NCBI RefSeq assembly: GCF_000011125.1
Contig: NC_000854.2
Location: forward strand, 1,050,001 to 1,082,000
DNA: 32,000 nucleotides
Direction: 5' to 3'
From: Aeropyrum pernix K1
GTDB lineage: Archaea; Thermoproteota; Thermoprotei_A; Sulfolobales; Acidilobaceae
This document shows, piece by piece, positions 28,469-32,000 of the stretch. Each line of letters opens with the position of its first letter. Within the stretch, counting starts at the first letter, position 1. Position numbers and translations under genes: made by a program. The notes under the pieces were generated by a model that did not search any database, had not been told where the DNA came from, and saw nothing but the letters and a program-made list of their open reading frames with translations.

Positions 28469-28508
28469 TCTTGCACCCAACAAGAGGACCCCCTGGGGTG
28501 TTCCCAGC

Positions 28509-29468
28509 ATGCTACTGGTGAAGAAGGCACAAGCCGGGAGGGCAATTGTGTTAGTCCTACTAATGGTTATCGCAGTACTGGCAGTCGGTCAACTCGCATT
28601 GGCCCAACAGGAAGCCTCTATAAATAGCGTTGAAGTCACCATTAGAGGGGATGGAGTAGCGGAGGCTAGAGTCCAAGCTGAGGCCGGGCCTGGTTTAGCG
28701 AGCATAGAACTGCCCGCGCCTCCTATAGTCACTACCATATTAGTTACTACCGCTGACGGGAATAGTATCCCGCCCATAGTTGAGGGGAACACGTTAATAG
28801 TCCCTCTAGAGGAGAAGACTTCGCTGGAAGTGTCATATATTGTGGATACAAAGGCTAACAATGGCGTGTTTAGCTTTGATGTTACCCCTCCTGGAGTGCC
28901 TGTGAAGCTTATCCTCGAACAGGGAATCATACTCTTAGGTCTTCCCTCCGGCATAACCTCCTACGATAAAAAGGATGGTACTCTAGAGATACTGTTCAGC
29001 GAGCCCTCAACCATCTCGTATGTCCCCGCAGAATATGCTGGAACCCAGCCAGCTGAGACGGCGACTGATGGAGGGGGTGAGGGAACAGGTACCGTAACAA
29101 CAGGAGCAGCTGAAACAACTGGAGTAAAGGGATCCTGGCAAATAGCAGCTGCCATCATCCTTGCCGCCGTTATAATAATAGCGGGAGGTGCGGTGCTCTA
29201 CATGTACAGGAAGAAGAGCGGTGGAAACGGTGTTGACGCGGTTGTGACGTCCCTAGACTCTACCGATAAGCTCATTCTTGATACTCTGAAAAACGCTGGA
29301 GGCACATCCGAGCAGCCAGCCCTACTCAAGGCCACCGGCCTCCCTAAATCTACGCTTTGGAGGAGGCTGAGAAAGCTCGAGGCTATGGGGTACGTCAGGA
29401 TTATCAAGAAAGGTAAGTCAAATGTCGTAGAGCTTGTGAAACATTACGAGAAGGAACAGGAGGAATAG
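28509..29468 (+). CDS. Single-pass membrane protein with an extracellular beta-rich domain and a C-terminal cytoplasmic winged-helix DNA-binding domain
   Basis: It has a signal/anchor segment (AIVLVLLMVIAVLAVGQLALAQQ) and a ~150-aa extracytoplasmic domain. A Thr/Gly-rich linker (about 29038-29135) and a TM helix WQIAAAIILAAVIIIAGGAVLYMY + RKK (29136-29207) follow. The C-terminus (about 29265-29438), DKLILDTLKNAGGTSEQPALLKATGLPKSTLWRRLRKLEAMGYVRIIKKGKSNVVEL, has a typical MarR/TrmB/ArsR-type wHTH pattern. Confidence 0.7.
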   Translation: MLLVKKAQAGRAIVLVLLMVIAVLAVGQLALAQQEASINSVEVTIRGDGVAEARVQAEAGPGLASIELPAPPIVTTILVTTADGNSIPPIVEGNTLIVPLEEKTSLEVSYIVDTKANNGVFSFDVTPPGVPVKLILEQGIILLGLPSGITSYDKKDGTLEILFSEPSTISYVPAEYAGTQPAETATDGGGEGTGTVTTGAAETTGVKGSWQIAAAIILAAVIIIAGGAVLYMYRKKSGGNGVDAVVTSLDSTDKLILDTLKNAGGTSEQPALLKATGLPKSTLWRRLRKLEAMGYVRIIKKGKSNVVELVKHYEKEQEE

Positions 29469-29588
29469 CCGTCTATAAGAGCTTAGGCTAAAAGCTTCCT
29501 ACGACCTATGGATATATACTTTAGGGGTTACTCTAGTAAACAACTCCACATTTAAATATTGTAAATTTGGCTACTGTGGTGGTTCCTC

Positions 29589-30773
29589 ATGAGCCAGCAG
29601 CCAGAGTGCAGGGTAGAGGGTAACTATATAATCGTTCCTAAGGGCCTGGTTAACGTTATCGTCGACGAGACTAGAATAAGCGGCGTTGACCCCAAGGGCG
29701 AGGCGACTATATACAGGGGCTACACTATCGAGGATATCGGCGAGCACGCCAGCTTCTACGAAGCAGCCCACCTAATACTATTCGGCAGGCTCCCCTGCGA
29801 CGAGGAGCTTAAAGAGATAAAGTCGAAGATTGACAAGTACAGGGGCCAGATTCCAGAGAAACTGTTCGACGCTATGAAGCACGTCCCAGTAACCCACCCA
29901 ATGTACTATGGAATATATGGCACAGCCCTCCTCGGCCAGTACTACGCGCCTGAGTGGAGGTTCGACGAGGACTTCCTGTACGACCATGCACTCAGGCTTA
30001 CAGCACAGCTGCCCGTAATCTTTACAACGGGCTGGAACCTTGCTCACCACGGCACCTTCCTCAGGCCTGATCCCAGCAAGGACCATGCCTGGGACGTGCT
30101 CAGAATGATAGTAATGAGGGAGCCGAGCGATATTGAGGCTAGAGCCTTCGAGTCAACCCTGGTACTCTACATGGACCACGGATTCAACGCCTCAACATTC
30201 ACCACAAGGGTCATAGGCAGCACGCTCAGCGACCTATACAGCGCAGTAGCCGGGGGGATAGCGGCCCTCAAAGGCCCCCTCCACGGAGGCGCCAACGAGA
30301 AGGCCATGGAGATGTTCCTAGACGCTATGAAGAAGGCTGAGGAGAAGGGCGTCCCACTATACGACTACATTGAGGAGTACATTAAAGAGAAGCTTGCCAG
30401 GAAAGAGAAGATAATGGGCTTCGGCCACAGGATCTACAAGCTCCACGACCCCAGGACTGATGTTGCGGCAAAGTTCGTCGCCAAGCTAAAAGACGGGGAG
30501 TTCTGGATGAAGGTACTGAAGAAGGCCGAGGAGGTTATGTGGAGGGAGAAGAAGATACCTGCCAACATAGACCTCTACACTGCAGTCCTCTACTACCAGC
30601 TGGGCATACCTATACCCATGTACACGCCCATATTCGCCATGGGCAGAGTCGTCGGATGGAGCGCACACTACATAGAACAGGTGCTAAACAACAAGCTGAT
30701 AAGGCCCACGGAGAAGTACGTCGGCCCAACAGGCCTCAAGTACCAGCCAATAGAGGAAAGATGCAGGAAATAG
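29589..30773 (+). CDS. gltA: Citrate synthase (or 2-methylcitrate synthase)
   Basis: The catalytic segments LHGGANE, GFGHRIYK..DPR and the C-terminal GRVVGWSAHYIEQ are present, and the 394-aa length fits. TTTAAATA at 29551-29558 and GTGGTGG upstream support the start. Specificity for oxaloacetate with acetyl-CoA versus propionyl-CoA cannot be told from sequence. Confidence 0.88.
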   Translation: MSQQPECRVEGNYIIVPKGLVNVIVDETRISGVDPKGEATIYRGYTIEDIGEHASFYEAAHLILFGRLPCDEELKEIKSKIDKYRGQIPEKLFDAMKHVPVTHPMYYGIYGTALLGQYYAPEWRFDEDFLYDHALRLTAQLPVIFTTGWNLAHHGTFLRPDPSKDHAWDVLRMIVMREPSDIEARAFESTLVLYMDHGFNASTFTTRVIGSTLSDLYSAVAGGIAALKGPLHGGANEKAMEMFLDAMKKAEEKGVPLYDYIEEYIKEKLARKEKIMGFGHRIYKLHDPRTDVAAKFVAKLKDGEFWMKVLKKAEEVMWREKKIPANIDLYTAVLYYQLGIPIPMYTPIFAMGRVVGWSAHYIEQVLNNKLIRPTEKYVGPTGLKYQPIEERCRK

Positions 30774-30800
30774 TCCAAAATAGCCCGGAGGAGGTCCCTA

Positions 30801-30820
30801 ATAATTCTTAATTTTTTAGC
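30801..30820 (+). terminator. Oligo-T tract (TTAATTTTTTA) downstream of citrate synthase
   Basis: The T6 run at 30812-30817 sits 39 nt after the stop codon. Archaeal RNA polymerase terminates at oligo-T stretches. Confidence 0.4.
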
Positions 30821-30844
30821 CTACACAGTATAACACTACCCACT

Positions 30845-31753
30845 TTACGAGCTTGCATCTCTGCTGATCGTTATCAACAAAAGCCCTGAGGCTACTGCCA
30901 CTATATCAAGAGCTGCTCCAGGGTTCCACTCACGGCCCCTCCAAAGCCTCTCCAACCATGTGATAGCATGTCGTACGCCCCACCTCTCGGAAACATGGAA
31001 GGCGACCCTGGCCTCCTCCCTAGCCATCTTGAACGCCCTCCCGCCGTACTTCTGGAATATGAGGGTGTCTCCATGCTCCGCTAACACTTTAAGGAGAGCT
31101 TCAAGCAGCGCCTCTTCGACGCTACGCCCCTCCTTCACCCTGTTTAGAGAGTGTCTATACGCTTCAAGGGTTATAGGATAACCTTTGGCCAGCTCTCTAT
31201 GAACCATGTCCCAAGAGTTCAGTTTGAGGAGGAGGGGGTACGGCGGGATGTCACGCTCGCCTCCAGAGGCCACGTCGGGCAGCTCGCCCCTATATCTACC
31301 CAGGTGTGAGGGGGAGAGCCGTCTTAAAATCTTGTAGTGGAGAAGGCTCTCCCTCCTCCCCGTGCAGCAGTAGATAGTGTCTCGAGCTGTCGTTACGAGC
31401 TCCTCAGGCTCGCTGCTCTTTGAGAGGGCTATTGCAACGGCGAGGGGGGCCATTAGCATGAAAGTTCCATATGCTATGTTACCCTTAAAGCGGGGGACGA
31501 CCTCCCTCAAGTACCTTTCCTTTACAGAGGCTATCACGCCTATAGGCCCGTTCTTCCAGGCCTTTAGACAGGCCCACGCAAGAAGGCGCGAGGATAGGGT
31601 TGCGTGGAGAACGAAATCTCCGAAGCTCTTGCCACCCTCGCTTGCATAGGGGGTTACGCCGCCTGGCTTCGGGTGTAGATACGGCTCCAGGACTGCTCCA
31701 TAGCTAAGTGTAGCGGCTAGACTGCAGTCCCCGTACATCCCGGCCCCAGCCAC
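30845..31753 (-). CDS. Triphosphoribosyl-dephospho-CoA synthase-like protein (CitG/MdcB family)
   Basis: AVLEPYLHPKPGGVTPY...G.SFGDF...S resembles the CitG N-terminal E..tPKPGLVd....G.H.DM motif, and the size is right (~300 aa). The start is GTG 31753 or ATG 31738. This call rests on motif memory only. Confidence 0.45.
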   Translation of the reverse strand: MAGAGMYGDCSLAATLSYGAVLEPYLHPKPGGVTPYASEGGKSFGDFVLHATLSSRLLAWACLKAWKNGPIGVIASVKERYLREVVPRFKGNIAYGTFMLMAPLAVAIALSKSSEPEELVTTARDTIYCCTGRRESLLHYKILRRLSPSHLGRYRGELPDVASGGERDIPPYPLLLKLNSWDMVHRELAKGYPITLEAYRHSLNRVKEGRSVEEALLEALLKVLAEHGDTLIFQKYGGRAFKMAREEARVAFHVSERWGVRHAITWLERLWRGREWNPGAALDIVAVASGLLLITISRDASS

Positions 31754-31808
31754 TGGCTATACCTATTACTGTCACAGGGGGATAAGCTAGATTTGGGCGG
31801 AGATATCT

Positions 31809-32000
31809 ATGGCCGGGGCGAGAGACTGCAGCGTCCTAGAAAGGCTGAGGGAAATTGCCCACCTCCACTTTATGAAGGAGGAGGAAGAGATAGTGTGCAG
31901 AGATATAGAGAGGATAGCGGGCTATCTTGGCCAGGTGTCGAAGGCTCTGGAGGAGTTAGACGCCGATCCAGAGCCCCTCTACCACGTTTGGGAGAGCCGG
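31809..32000 (+). CDS. gatC: Asp/Glu-tRNA amidotransferase subunit C, N-terminal part (3' end outside the window)
   Basis: The frame is open from ATG 31809 to the window end. LERLREIAHLHFMKEEEEIVCRDIERIAGYLGQVSKALEELDADPEPLYHV follows the GatC pattern (v..lA.La.l.l.eeE...f..dl..Il.y...l.e.d...veP..hv). Confidence 0.6.
   Translation, partial: MAGARDCSVLERLREIAHLHFMKEEEEIVCRDIERIAGYLGQVSKALEELDADPEPLYHVWESR

Overview
This is a dense, almost fully coding 32-kb chromosomal segment with about 35 CDS. I found no rRNA or tRNA genes, CRISPR arrays, transposases or integrases. The gene set points to a GC-rich aerobic crenarchaeon of the Aeropyrum/Desulfurococcales type, though this is inference without a database search. 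Supporting traits are an archaeal Pth2, a split methylmalonyl-CoA mutase, a half-size heme A synthase, GatC, many GTG/TTG starts, GGTG-type ribosome-binding sites and TATA-like boxes about 25-35 bp upstream of starts. From left to right the window holds: an aldo/keto reductase (5' truncated), a CoA-binding protein and pth2; cutA, an HD hydrolase and pyrB-pyrI; a complete 2-oxoacid dehydrogenase operon (E1alpha-E1beta-E2-E3); an acyl-CoA dehydrogenase; a methylmalonyl-CoA mutase large subunit, B12 subunit and MeaB operon; a signal-less BtuF-like binding protein; two hypothetical genes (one DUF309-like); a ZIP metal transporter; inorganic pyrophosphatase; a membrane protein and compact ctaA; gcvT with a degenerate PTPS/QueD-like ORF; a three-gene uncharacterised operon divergent from sufC-sufB-sufD; a 791-aa secreted Ala/Glu/Leu-rich coiled-coil repeat protein divergent from a membrane-anchored winged-helix regulator; citrate synthase; a CitG-like gene; and the start of gatC. 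The best candidate for something undescribed is the pair at 25942-29468. It combines a secreted coiled-coil protein, a transmembrane wHTH regulator, and an intergenic region strongly enriched for GGAAC/GTTCC half-sites, including the perfect palindrome GGAACGTTCC. Secondary candidates are the CxxS glutaredoxin-like operon next to suf and the cytoplasmic BtuF-like protein next to the B12-dependent mutase. All functional calls rest on motifs I recognised by eye. No similarity search or structure prediction was possible.
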